Shown piece by piece: positions 46,346-55,538 of a stretch of DNA of 64,000 nt. The position numbers were made by a program, and so were the translations under genes. The stretch comes from an uncultured Thermotogae bacterium (lineage in GTDB: Bacteria > Bipolaricaulota > Bipolaricaulia > UBA7950 > UBA9294): contig CAZSNG010000006.1 in the NCBI GenBank assembly GCA_964608345.1, forward strand, positions 1,317 through 65,316, given 5' to 3'. Under the pieces are notes generated by a model, which was given only the letters and a program-made list of their open reading frames with translations, did not search any database and was not told where the DNA came from. How positions within the stretch are numbered: position 1 is the stretch's first letter; every line of letters starts with the position of its first letter.

Positions 46346-47478
46346 TGGTTGTGGGGGCGGGGAGTGTGGGGGTTCCGGCCGCGTGGGCGATGGCGCGATC
46401 GGGGCTGGAAGTCCTCGTCGTTGACCGGCTCGCCAGCCCCGGCCAGGGGTCGAACAAGACCGCCATCGGCGGGATGCGCGCCACCCACTCCGAGCCGGCC
46501 AAGATTCGCGTCTGCCTTCGATCGCTCGAGATCGCATCGACGTGGCGCGACACGTACGGAGACGACATCGACTGGCGAAGCGGCGGGTACTCGTTCGTCG
46601 CGTACGGGGACCGCGAGGCCCGCATCCTCGAGGGATTGATCGAGACGCAACAGGCGAGCGGCCTGGACATCGACTGGCACGATCGCGACGACCTGCTCGG
46701 GAAGATCCCTGCGCTGGCTCGTGATGGGCTGCTCGGTGGGACGTTCTCCCCCGGAGACGGGATGTGCTCACCGCTCCTTCTCGGCCACGCGATGTACCAG
46801 CAGGCGTGCCGCGCGGGCGCTGACTTCCGCTTCCACGAGGGCGTGACCGGGATCGAGGTAGAAGGGGAACGCGTCCGCGCAGTCGTGACCGACAGCGCTC
46901 GATACGAGGCGCCGGTCGTCGTGAATGCGGCCGGTGCGTGGGCGAACGAGATCGGGGCGCTGGCCGGGCTGGAGCATCCGATCGAACCCGACTCGCACGA
47001 GGGCGGGATCACCGAGCCCGTGGCGCCGTTCCTCGGACCGATGATCGTCGACATCCGGCCGAGCGAGCACGCGGCGAACTGCTACTTCTTCCAGCTGGCG
47101 ACCGGGCAGATCGTCTTCGCGCTCACGCCGAAGCCGATCGTCCCCGGATTCGACTGCGACGAGACGAGCGACTTCCTACCGATCGTCGCACGCCGGATGA
47201 TCCAGCTGGTTCCGCGGCTCGCCGGTCTGCGTGTCCGGCGGACGTGGCGCGGTCTCTACCCGATGTCGCCCGACGGCGCTCCGCTCGTCGGTCTCTCGAA
47301 GGACATCGGAGGCTACGTGATGGCGATCGGAATGTGCGGTCACGGCTTCATGCTCGGGCCGGGTCTCGGCGAGATCCTCGATCGACTCGTCCGCGACGAT
47401 CTGACGGACGACGATCGAGCCATCCTCGACGGCCTTTCACCGATCCGGTCGTTCGAGGGTCAGGCGGCACTGAAGTGA
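46324..47478 (+). CDS. FAD-dependent oxidoreductase (DAO/SoxB family); beta subunit of the dehydrogenase complex
   Basis: YDVVVVGAGSVG, VVNAAGAW, TWRGLYPMSPDGAP, GMCGHGFMLGP. Confidence 0.92.
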   Translation: MSRTYDVVVVGAGSVGVPAAWAMARSGLEVLVVDRLASPGQGSNKTAIGGMRATHSEPAKIRVCLRSLEIASTWRDTYGDDIDWRSGGYSFVAYGDREARILEGLIETQQASGLDIDWHDRDDLLGKIPALARDGLLGGTFSPGDGMCSPLLLGHAMYQQACRAGADFRFHEGVTGIEVEGERVRAVVTDSARYEAPVVVNAAGAWANEIGALAGLEHPIEPDSHEGGITEPVAPFLGPMIVDIRPSEHAANCYFFQLATGQIVFALTPKPIVPGFDCDETSDFLPIVARRMIQLVPRLAGLRVRRTWRGLYPMSPDGAPLVGLSKDIGGYVMAIGMCGHGFMLGPGLGEILDRLVRDDLTDDDRAILDGLSPIRSFEGQAALK

Positions 47479-47507
47479 GTCCGGACGGAATGAATGAGGA
47501 GATCGCC

Positions 47508-48431
47508 ATGAAGCGATTGACTGGAGAAGCGCTCGAACGAGCGCAGCGCTTCCTGGAGAGCGAGGCACGTCCGTTGGAGCGCGCACTGTTCGCATCCCGC
47601 TTCGCCGGGGAATCCTCCGACCGTGTTCTCGACGAACTCGCTCGGTTCGCCAACGCGGACGGTGGCTTCGGCAACGGGCTGGAGCCCGACGTCCGCACAC
47701 CGAGCTCCTCGGCGCTGGCGACGGCGCTCGGGCTGAGGACCCTCGAGGAGTTCGACTGTCGACCGGATCATCCGCTCGTCCGCGGCGCGATCGACTGGCT
47801 TCGGTCGACCTTCGACGCCGAGGCTCAGGCCTGGCGCGTCGTCCCCCACGACACGAACGATCATCCGCACGCTCCGTGGTGGCACGACAACGACGGGAGC
47901 CTGGCGAGAACCTTCGGCGACTTCGAGATCGTCCCCGGGGCGCTGATTGCCGGGCTGTTGCAGCGGTTCGGGGCCGACCTGCCGGCCGACTGGCTGAGGG
48001 CCGTCACCGAAGCCACCGTTCGTCGTGTCGAGAGCCTCGACGTGCTCGGCGAAGGCGGCGGGAGCGACCTCGAATACGTCGTGCATCTTGCTCGAACCGA
48101 TGAGCTGCCGGAGTCGTACCGGAACCGGCTGATCGTGCGGATCCGGGAGGCGATCCCGCAGGTCGTCATCCGCGATCCGGCGAGATGGTCGACGTACTGC
48201 ATCACGCCGCTGCGCGCCGTCTCTTCACCGGATTCGATCGGTGCGGATCTCATCGCGGACGAGATCCAGCAGAACCTCGACGTCCTGATCGACCAGCAGT
48301 CCGCCGATGGCGCCTGGGACCCGACGTGGGACTACGCCTATCCGGCGGAGATGGCCGCCGCACGGCCGGAATGGCGGGGGATCCTCACGCTCGACGCGCT
48401 GGCCACACTGAGAGCATTTGGACGACTCTGA
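47508..48431 (+). CDS. Prenyltransferase/terpene-cyclase-like alpha-alpha barrel protein of unknown function
   Basis: EARPLERALF, ANADGGFGNGLEPD, HPHAPWW, QQSADGAWDPTW; GAGGAG RBS. Confidence 0.75.
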   Translation: MKRLTGEALERAQRFLESEARPLERALFASRFAGESSDRVLDELARFANADGGFGNGLEPDVRTPSSSALATALGLRTLEEFDCRPDHPLVRGAIDWLRSTFDAEAQAWRVVPHDTNDHPHAPWWHDNDGSLARTFGDFEIVPGALIAGLLQRFGADLPADWLRAVTEATVRRVESLDVLGEGGGSDLEYVVHLARTDELPESYRNRLIVRIREAIPQVVIRDPARWSTYCITPLRAVSSPDSIGADLIADEIQQNLDVLIDQQSADGAWDPTWDYAYPAEMAAARPEWRGILTLDALATLRAFGRL

Positions 48432-48509
48432 GTCGCAGTTCGTCAACGTCGGCGGATGGCTTTGCCGCAGCGGACGACACCGAGTACGGTCTGCCCGGGA
48501 GCTGGTTTG

Positions 48510-49298
48510 ATGAGGATCGTCGTCATCACAGGCAGCACGCGTGGGATTGGCCTTGGACTCGCGCGCGGGCTTCTCGACGAGGGCTGTTCCGTCGTGGTCA
48601 GCGGACGGGACGTACAGCGATGTGAGCAGGTTCGCGCTGAGCTGGCCGAGGAGCACGGCGAGAGTAGGGTCCTTGGTGTTGCTTGCGACGTCAGGCAATG
48701 CGATGCGGTGCAACGGCTGTGGGACGAGAGCGTTGCGCGCTACGGCTCGGTCGACATCTGGATCAACAACGCCGGGATCAGCCACCCGCAGGTCGAGGCG
48801 TGGGCGCAGACGGTCGATCGCACACAGGCGATCATCGACACCAACATCCTCGGCACGATCTACGGCGCACGCGTGGCGATCGCCGGCATGAGATCGCAGG
48901 GGTTCGGCGCGATCTACAACCTGGAAGGGCTTGGAAGCGCCGGCCGACACGTGCCCGGCACGTCGCTCTACGCAACGACCAAAGCGGCGGTCCGCTACTT
49001 CACCGATGCCCTGATCCTCGAGACGAAGGGCACACCGCTCGTCGTCGGAGCGATCCGACCGGGGATGGTGATGACCGACCTCGTACTCGAAGGTCTCGAT
49101 CGCGAGTCGCCCGATTGGCCGAGGGCGGAGCGGATCTTCAACATCCTTGCCGATCGAGTCGAAACGGTCACGCCGTGGATCGCGCGGCGCGTAGTGGAGA
49201 ACGACAGGGCCGGCGTGCGGATCGACTGGCTCACTCGCCGCCGGGTCTTCTCACGCTTCCTCCTCGCGCCGTTTCGCAGTCGGAACGTGTTCGACTGA
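48510..49298 (+). CDS. Short-chain dehydrogenase/reductase
   Basis: TGSTRGIG, INNAG, YATTK, PGMVMTD. Confidence 0.93.
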   Translation: MRIVVITGSTRGIGLGLARGLLDEGCSVVVSGRDVQRCEQVRAELAEEHGESRVLGVACDVRQCDAVQRLWDESVARYGSVDIWINNAGISHPQVEAWAQTVDRTQAIIDTNILGTIYGARVAIAGMRSQGFGAIYNLEGLGSAGRHVPGTSLYATTKAAVRYFTDALILETKGTPLVVGAIRPGMVMTDLVLEGLDRESPDWPRAERIFNILADRVETVTPWIARRVVENDRAGVRIDWLTRRRVFSRFLLAPFRSRNVFD

Positions 49299-49350
49299 CA
49301 CGCCCGGGGTCACGGGCACCTCCGTACAGCGGAAAGGAGGCAAAGACCGC

Positions 49351-49746
49351 ATGACCACCGAAGACCGCGAATCCGAGAAGCAGGCGATCCGCAACGCGAT
49401 CATGGCGAGCTACCACGAGGGGCACATCCAGAACGATCCCGAGCTCTTCCAGCGGATCCTCCATCCCGAATGGAGGTTCTTCCGTATGGATGCAGCCGGC
49501 AAGCTCCGGATCCAGGATCGCGACGCGTACGTCTCCCAGTACGATCCGGCCCACGCCGGCCCGCCGTTGGATTGGGAGACCGAGATCTACTCGATCGATG
49601 TCACCGGGAGCTTCGCGTCCGTGAAGTTGCGAATCGAGTGCAGCTTGGTGAAGTGCATCGACTACTTCAACATGATGAAGCTCGACGGGCGATGGTGGAT
49701 CGTCCACAAGATCTCGCATGGAGAGCCGAAGCAGGCCACCCGGTAG
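49351..49746 (+). CDS. NTF2/SnoaL-like (putative lumazine-binding type) protein
   Basis: IDVTGSFASVK, IDYFNMMKLDGRWWIVHK; AAAGGAGG RBS. Confidence 0.85.
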   Translation: MTTEDRESEKQAIRNAIMASYHEGHIQNDPELFQRILHPEWRFFRMDAAGKLRIQDRDAYVSQYDPAHAGPPLDWETEIYSIDVTGSFASVKLRIECSLVKCIDYFNMMKLDGRWWIVHKISHGEPKQATR

Positions 49747-49833
49747 GCCGGGACCGAAACGGCCGTCGCCTGCGATCCTTGAAGCCGCTATCCACATTCT
49801 CTACCGAGCTGTAGCCCGGTTCTGCTGGTCCGA

Positions 49834-50274
49834 TCATCTCGACCGAATGGCTTCCACCTGCTCTACGAACTCGGCCACCGGAAGCGCCGCGATCGCCTCC
49901 CCGATCAGTTCGAGCGGGAGATCGGCCAGCGACCGGAAGCGGACGCACGACTTCCCCGTGTCGTATCGCTTCCCGGTTGCCCTGTACGCCGCCTCGAAGT
50001 CGGCCTGCGCCCCCTCCGACATGTGGATCGACGTCAAATGGACGGCCGATGTTCGCTTTGCTCACTGACAGGAGAATGCGCTTCGCGCATTCTCCCAAGA
50101 TGTCGGAGCACGCTATCCGGCGACGACATCCGATCATGACCCCCAGTTCATCGCCTCTTCGTAGCCATCGGGCAAACTCTCGAGGATGACTGCGCGAACG
50201 GCCTTGATCGTCTGTCTCCGGTCCTCCGGGAGTTCGGCGAGGTACTCATCCACGGTCGCAGCGTCGGATCTCAT
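49834..50274 (-). pseudogene. Disrupted DUF1801-family gene
   Basis: 5' part MRSDAATVDEYLAELPEDRR...GYEEAMNWG ends at a stop at 50134; 3' part ...YDTGKSCVRFRSLADLPLELIGEAI is in another frame; the middle is degenerate and holds a hairpin. Confidence 0.8.
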
Positions 50275-50378
50275 GATCGTCCTCCTCGGCAGCCAGCGTG
50301 GTGCTGCGCTCTGAATGGGATGTGAGCAGCCCGGGGAGCTGCCGCGTGGAATCTGGGCAACCGGGGGCCCGGTCCGAG

Positions 50379-51137
50379 CTACTTCCGGCCCAATCCCATC
50401 ACGACGTCGAGGACCTCGTAGTCGGCGATTTCCGTTTCGTCGGGGGCGCACTGAACGAACAACCTCAGATGAGCGGCGCCGAGATCCACGGGCATCGTCG
50501 CCGAGCCGATCCAATACCGTCGATCGATGTGGGCGCGGACGCGTCGCGTCTCCGGCTCGTAGATGAGGCCGAGGATGTGGGGTTCATCCTGCCACCAGGC
50601 GGGATCCCCCCAGGTTCGGTACCCTGCGTTCTTGCAGTTCCCGTCGCCGTAGCAGTCGGTACAGCAGGTGTAGAGGAAGCCGGATTCGCGGTCACAGCCG
50701 AGTGTCGCGTGAGCATACTGGTCGCTGCTGTGCAATTCGATGCGGAAGCCGGCCGTCGCGTTGTGCTGCCGGAACAGGACCGCAATCTCGAAGCCTTCGT
50801 CTGCGTCGAACCGGAACGAATTGAAGCCGGTTTGCGTTCCGAAACACTCTCCAGGCCGTTCACAGATTCGCCTGCCGGTGCTTGTCCCGATGAGTCGGAA
50901 GCCACCGCTCTCCGTGACGGTGACTGCGATGCCCGAATCCTCGATGTCGGGGATGCGAACCCACGGGGTTGTCGAGGCCGAAGGAACGTCTGCCCACGTG
51001 TCGAACGCTTCGGTGCGAAGGTCCGGGCGGACGACGAGTTCGTACGAGTGGGTCAGCTCCAGGGTTTGGTGTGCTGTGCCGATGATCGCACAGCCGACGA
51101 TTAGGGCCAGAACCGCGCTACCGATGGCCCGGTTCAT
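50379..51137 (-). CDS. Exported Cys-rich hypothetical protein, possible concanavalin/LamG-like beta fold
   Basis: Signal peptide; CCTDCYGDGNC motif; HILGLIYEPETRRVRAHID strand pattern; GGAGGG RBS and overlap with upstream gene. Confidence 0.6.
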   Translation of the reverse strand: MNRAIGSAVLALIVGCAIIGTAHQTLELTHSYELVVRPDLRTEAFDTWADVPSASTTPWVRIPDIEDSGIAVTVTESGGFRLIGTSTGRRICERPGECFGTQTGFNSFRFDADEGFEIAVLFRQHNATAGFRIELHSSDQYAHATLGCDRESGFLYTCCTDCYGDGNCKNAGYRTWGDPAWWQDEPHILGLIYEPETRRVRAHIDRRYWIGSATMPVDLGAAHLRLFVQCAPDETEIADYEVLDVVMGLGRK

Positions 51138-52504
51138 GCGTCCTCCCTCCGGTGAATCCTCCCACTGGCTCGAATCCAGCCGATGGTGCCGTCGTCGTTG
51201 CGGATGATGTCGGCCATCGTGTTGGCGAACGGGCCGTCCATCACCAGGAGACGGTCCTCCTCGCAGCGCGTGAGGCTGAACGGTGGGCTCGGCGGCGGGA
51301 GCGGCGAGTCGGCGGTCGGGAAGGCCTGCTTGTAGGTGATCTGCCCGATCAAGCGGCCGCCGAGCAGGCCAAGCTCGATGTCCGCGAACGGGCGGCCGTA
51401 GACGCCAACGTACGGCGCGAGATCGGCCTCGGTCGATTCGATCGGCATCGGCTTCTCGACCTGAACGTCGAAATACTCCTTGAGAGCCCGCTCGGTGACG
51501 TCACGGGTCAGGACCGAGCCACGATCGGCGTTAGACAGCACGGCAACTGCGAATCCGCGCTCCGGCACGAGCGTGAGCAGCGAGACCTGCCCGACGGTTC
51601 CGCCGCCGTGCGAGATCCGGCGTACAGGGCTTGTTTCGTCGACCGACCAGGTCAGTCCCCAGTGCGCTTTTCCCCAGACGGGCGCGTGCGGCGCGTGCAT
51701 CTGCGCCAGGCTCTCTGACGTCAGGAGCCGCTCACCGTCTGCAGTCACTCCGTCGCCGAGATGGAATCGCGCGTACTCGAGGAGATCCTTCACCGAACAG
51801 ACGATCGCGCCCATCGGGCGGACGTAGCCGGGCAGCACCCACGACGGGATGACCCGAGCGCCGTCCGGCGTGACGCGGTGCCCGACGGTGAACCGCCCAG
51901 TGACCACCGGATCGATGTCGAGGTGCGTCGCGTTCAGCCCGAGCGGGTCGAGCACCAGCTCGCGGAGGACCTCGGAGTAGCGCTTCTCGGTGACGACCTC
52001 GACGATCCGCCCGAGGACGGCGAAGCCTGCGTTGTTGTACGACCAGACAGTGCCGATTGGGGCGAGCTGCCGGAGATCGGCCATCTTGGCGATGTACTTC
52101 GGCAGGGCATCATCGCCTGCCCCGGTGTCCTCGAACAGGTCTCCTGCCCACCCGCCGGTGTGGGTCATCAGGTGCCGGATCGTAGCCCGCCCGCTCGCAT
52201 CCTCGTCGGCGACCCGAAACTCAGGGAGGTACGTCCGAACCGTCGCGTCGAGGTCCAGCTTCCCGTCCTCGACGAGGCGCATCGCCAGCGTCCCGGTGAA
52301 CGTCTTGGTGATCGAGCCGATCTGATGCAGCGTGTCGTCGGTGACTTCCAGCGGATGGTTCGCGTTGGTTACGCCGAAGCCGCCGGTGCGGATCTCGCCG
52401 TCCTGCAGGACACCGACCGACGCCCCGGGGACCCCGGTTGCTCTCATCGCCTGTTCGACGAATTCGGTCAGCCGATGCCAGTGGCTACTGTGCGATCCTG
52501 CCAT
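51134..52504 (-). CDS. Serine hydrolase, class C beta-lactamase/PBP-like family
   Basis: GSITK (SxxK), LMTHTGG, WSYNN, SHGGG. Confidence 0.92.
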   Translation of the reverse strand: MAGSHSSHWHRLTEFVEQAMRATGVPGASVGVLQDGEIRTGGFGVTNANHPLEVTDDTLHQIGSITKTFTGTLAMRLVEDGKLDLDATVRTYLPEFRVADEDASGRATIRHLMTHTGGWAGDLFEDTGAGDDALPKYIAKMADLRQLAPIGTVWSYNNAGFAVLGRIVEVVTEKRYSEVLRELVLDPLGLNATHLDIDPVVTGRFTVGHRVTPDGARVIPSWVLPGYVRPMGAIVCSVKDLLEYARFHLGDGVTADGERLLTSESLAQMHAPHAPVWGKAHWGLTWSVDETSPVRRISHGGGTVGQVSLLTLVPERGFAVAVLSNADRGSVLTRDVTERALKEYFDVQVEKPMPIESTEADLAPYVGVYGRPFADIELGLLGGRLIGQITYKQAFPTADSPLPPPSPPFSLTRCEEDRLLVMDGPFANTMADIIRNDDGTIGWIRASGRIHRREDA

Positions 52505-52555
52505 GGATTGCCTCCGTTCCGCACCGGAGTGGGCCGTTTCCCTATCCTGCCCCGC

Positions 52556-53548
52556 CTACTCCAATAACAGAAGCAGCAGCGCTGCAGCGAGAAGCCCGCC
52601 GAGGATCAACGGCAGCAACGCCAGACGGATCGCGGGGCCTTCCTGCTTGGCCGGCTCGCTCCCGGCAAGTCGCTGGAGGCTCGGCCCGGTGATTCCTTCC
52701 TCGTTCAGCGGGAAGAGGTATTGTGTGCCGAAGCCGCGATGTGTCTCGATCGTTCGTTCGGTCATGGAGATCTTCCAGATGTGATCGTAGTCCCGCTCGA
52801 GCGCGATGTAGATCTCGAGCGCCTCGGGATCGAGGACGAGCGAGTAGCGGGTCTTGAAGCCACCGGTCGACATCGAGGTTCTGCGCAGGGCCTCGAACGC
52901 GTGATCGACGTCGAACCCGTCGAGATTCTCTTGGATGTAGCGAGTGGCGACCCGATACCGCTCCGCGCCGTCGCCGACGATGTCGCGCAGGTTGAGACCG
53001 CCGAAGTCCCCGTTGTGGAAGTTGGTCATGACGAGGAACGGCCCCTCGATCGGGGTGATCACGTTCCCCGCGATGCCGGCTTCGACGACTGCGGCGTTCC
53101 CGGTCGGGTCGGCGTACAGGTTGTGCAGCTGCAGGGATGGGTACTGAACGAGCCGCCGGCCGCCGATCCAATCGAGGACCTCGTCGACCGATGCAGACTG
53201 GCTCAGTCCGTCGTAGAACGCGTTCCAGACGTAGAGCTCATCTTCGGTGGGCTCCTCGGCCATCGCCCGTGGCGGCGAGACCATCTGGTCCGACGCGAAC
53301 AGGCCGTGCTCGTTCATGCCGACGGTGCGCGCGTAGTGCTCGTCCATCCAGAAGCTGCCGATGAAGACGGCGCCTGCTTCGTGCTCCTCGATCGAGAATC
53401 GGATCTCGTTCGGCGGGTAGTCGAAGTTCATCCCGTAGAGGGTCCTGCCGGAGTAGACGGCGAATCCGGTACACGCCAGGCTCGCGTGGGCGAGCCCACC
53501 CACGAGCGCTGCTGCCAACACCACTGCCACGATCGTTCGTCGTTTCAT
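52556..53548 (-). CDS. Exported Ntn hydrolase (C45/choloylglycine-hydrolase-like) with C-terminal membrane anchor
   Basis: Signal peptide ending ASLA followed by nucleophile Cys (CTGF), GMNFD, GMNEHGL, MTNF; hydrophobic C-terminus. Confidence 0.82.
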   Translation of the reverse strand: MKRRTIVAVVLAAALVGGLAHASLACTGFAVYSGRTLYGMNFDYPPNEIRFSIEEHEAGAVFIGSFWMDEHYARTVGMNEHGLFASDQMVSPPRAMAEEPTEDELYVWNAFYDGLSQSASVDEVLDWIGGRRLVQYPSLQLHNLYADPTGNAAVVEAGIAGNVITPIEGPFLVMTNFHNGDFGGLNLRDIVGDGAERYRVATRYIQENLDGFDVDHAFEALRRTSMSTGGFKTRYSLVLDPEALEIYIALERDYDHIWKISMTERTIETHRGFGTQYLFPLNEEGITGPSLQRLAGSEPAKQEGPAIRLALLPLILGGLLAAALLLLLLE

Positions 53549-53640
53549 GGTGTCGCTGATTATATCGTGAAGAGCCGGTGGCTCTTCACGGACGAGAACG
53601 CCTGCGTCGTTCTCGTGTTGGATAGGTGATGCAGTCTGGC

Positions 53641-55359
53641 CTAGTGCAGGCTGTGCTCTTCCTCCCATTCGACGAACAGCTCCCCGATGTCCGGAAGGGA
53701 GGTCCATTGGATGTACCCTTCAGCGACGAGGGGATCGATGAGTTCGATCAGCGTCTCCTCCCAGTAGCCGACGTCCTGGGTGAACGCGTCGTGAAGCGTG
53801 ATTCGGCCGGTTGTCTCGTCGTACTCGATGTACGGTTCGCCGTTCTCCGCCTTGTAGTGGTCGACGTGCGTGACGATGTAGAACGCGTTGACTCGATCGG
53901 GATCGGCGTAGCATAGAATCCGAGCGAGCATCGCGGCGAGCCGCTCGTGCAGTCGCTCCGGATGGCGTGTGATCGCCTGTCCCCATCCGGGCACGAAGAT
54001 CACGTCGCTCGTCGGATCATGCGTTTGGAAGGTCTCAGGGGACTCAACCGCATCGCACGCGGTCGGTCGCCACGGATTGGTGAACAGCCGGTCGAACGTC
54101 GATTGCGTGTTGTGATCCTTGAACGCGGACCACGTCGTGATGCCGACATCGGCGAGCGCGGACGGGTTGCCGTAGTGGAAGTTGCCGTTGTGATCTGTTA
54201 CGTCCGTCCCCGACACCTCCGTGATCAGCTCACGCAACGCGCCGACGTACTCCGGGGTGTGCGGGTCGGTGTCCGTTTCGATTCGCGTCCATCCGGGGCA
54301 GGTGCGGCAGTCGTTGCAGTCCTGGTTGCTGCGGAGCCGGCTGTCCGGATCGATGCACGCAGGCCCGTGGGTATGGGTCGAATACACGACGCCGAACTGC
54401 TGCGCCAGGTCGGACAACGTGGTCGGGGCGTACGCGAGCGACGCCATCGGCCAGTCCTCCTCCGGCTGGATCGTCAGGAAGCCGCCGTGCTCGTGCAACA
54501 CGCGGGCGAGCTCGGTGAACACGGCCGTCTTCTGGCGGAAGTACGCTTCGTTCCGCGTGATCAGACGCGGGTCCTCGATGTGGATGAGGACGTTGAAGTG
54601 GACGGGTGCCTGGGGCTTGAACGGTACCGGAATGCCGCCGACATCTCGTTCCAGCCGGCAAACTGCGGGAAGCGCCCACTGCTCCGCTTCGATCGAGGCG
54701 TCGTCGATGTCGATCGTGCGGTTCGGGCCGACGTCGATCGCGAACAGCGCGTACTCGACGCCGCGGGTGTTCCCGAACGTGAACTGCACTTGAGTCCACT
54801 CGGCTCCGAGTTCGAACCCGGCTTCCGGCTTGTGGAGCACACGGGGCTCGGTCTTGCCGCCTTCCACTCCGAGGACCTCGATCTTCAGTTCCGCCGGCCC
54901 CCGAAGCGAGCGTGCCCAGAGAGTGCAGCGGGTCGCCTCACCCTTCTCGATCTCGGATCGGAGTGCGAACAGGACTCCTTCGCCCGGTCCGGACTCGATT
55001 CTCATCCCGTAGTTGCCGGATCTCGCGGCATCCGTCAGCCGATCAACCAACGCGGGCGGCAACTGCGCCGCGGGATGAGCGAGTAGCACGACGGCGTCCG
55101 TCCCACGCTCGAATCCGCCGTCGACGAGCCAGTCCTTCCACTCGAGCAGATCCTCGGAGACAACCGCCCGGAGCGGATTGGGGACAACATCGCTGGATGC
55201 CGATCCGCAGTCCTCCGGGCAGTTGGCGGGGTTCTCCGGGCCGTCACAGGCGCCGTCGCCGCAGGGGTCCGCGGCGGCGGTGAGGTACAGGAGAACCAGC
55301 AGGATCGCAAACAGCCCGAGCTTCGGGCGGGGAATCCAAACTCGTTGCGAGGCAGACAC
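53641..55359 (-). CDS. Exported modular protein: Cys-rich motif, CBM4/9-like domain and deacetylase-like barrel
   Basis: GTG at 55359 after AAGGAGG; signal peptide; CGDGACDGPENPANCPEDC; LVDGGFE...AARSGNYG...IDDASIE; IHIED, HTH, THVDH putative metal ligands. Confidence 0.6.
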   Translation of the reverse strand: MSASQRVWIPRPKLGLFAILLVLLYLTAAADPCGDGACDGPENPANCPEDCGSASSDVVPNPLRAVVSEDLLEWKDWLVDGGFERGTDAVVLLAHPAAQLPPALVDRLTDAARSGNYGMRIESGPGEGVLFALRSEIEKGEATRCTLWARSLRGPAELKIEVLGVEGGKTEPRVLHKPEAGFELGAEWTQVQFTFGNTRGVEYALFAIDVGPNRTIDIDDASIEAEQWALPAVCRLERDVGGIPVPFKPQAPVHFNVLIHIEDPRLITRNEAYFRQKTAVFTELARVLHEHGGFLTIQPEEDWPMASLAYAPTTLSDLAQQFGVVYSTHTHGPACIDPDSRLRSNQDCNDCRTCPGWTRIETDTDPHTPEYVGALRELITEVSGTDVTDHNGNFHYGNPSALADVGITTWSAFKDHNTQSTFDRLFTNPWRPTACDAVESPETFQTHDPTSDVIFVPGWGQAITRHPERLHERLAAMLARILCYADPDRVNAFYIVTHVDHYKAENGEPYIEYDETTGRITLHDAFTQDVGYWEETLIELIDPLVAEGYIQWTSLPDIGELFVEWEEEHSLH

Positions 55360-55538
55360 GTGAGAGCCCTCCTTCATCGCAGTGTGTCGCTTGAGCATAC
55401 AGGCCAGGAGGCGATTCGTGTCTTGCGCGCTGCCGGAGAGTGCCGGTCGAGCTTGCCCCGCGTGAGCGGTCGTTGGTAGAGTTGTCCGCTGAAACGGAAT
55501 GATCGGACTGATCGGACGATGAGGACAAGGAGGGAAAG

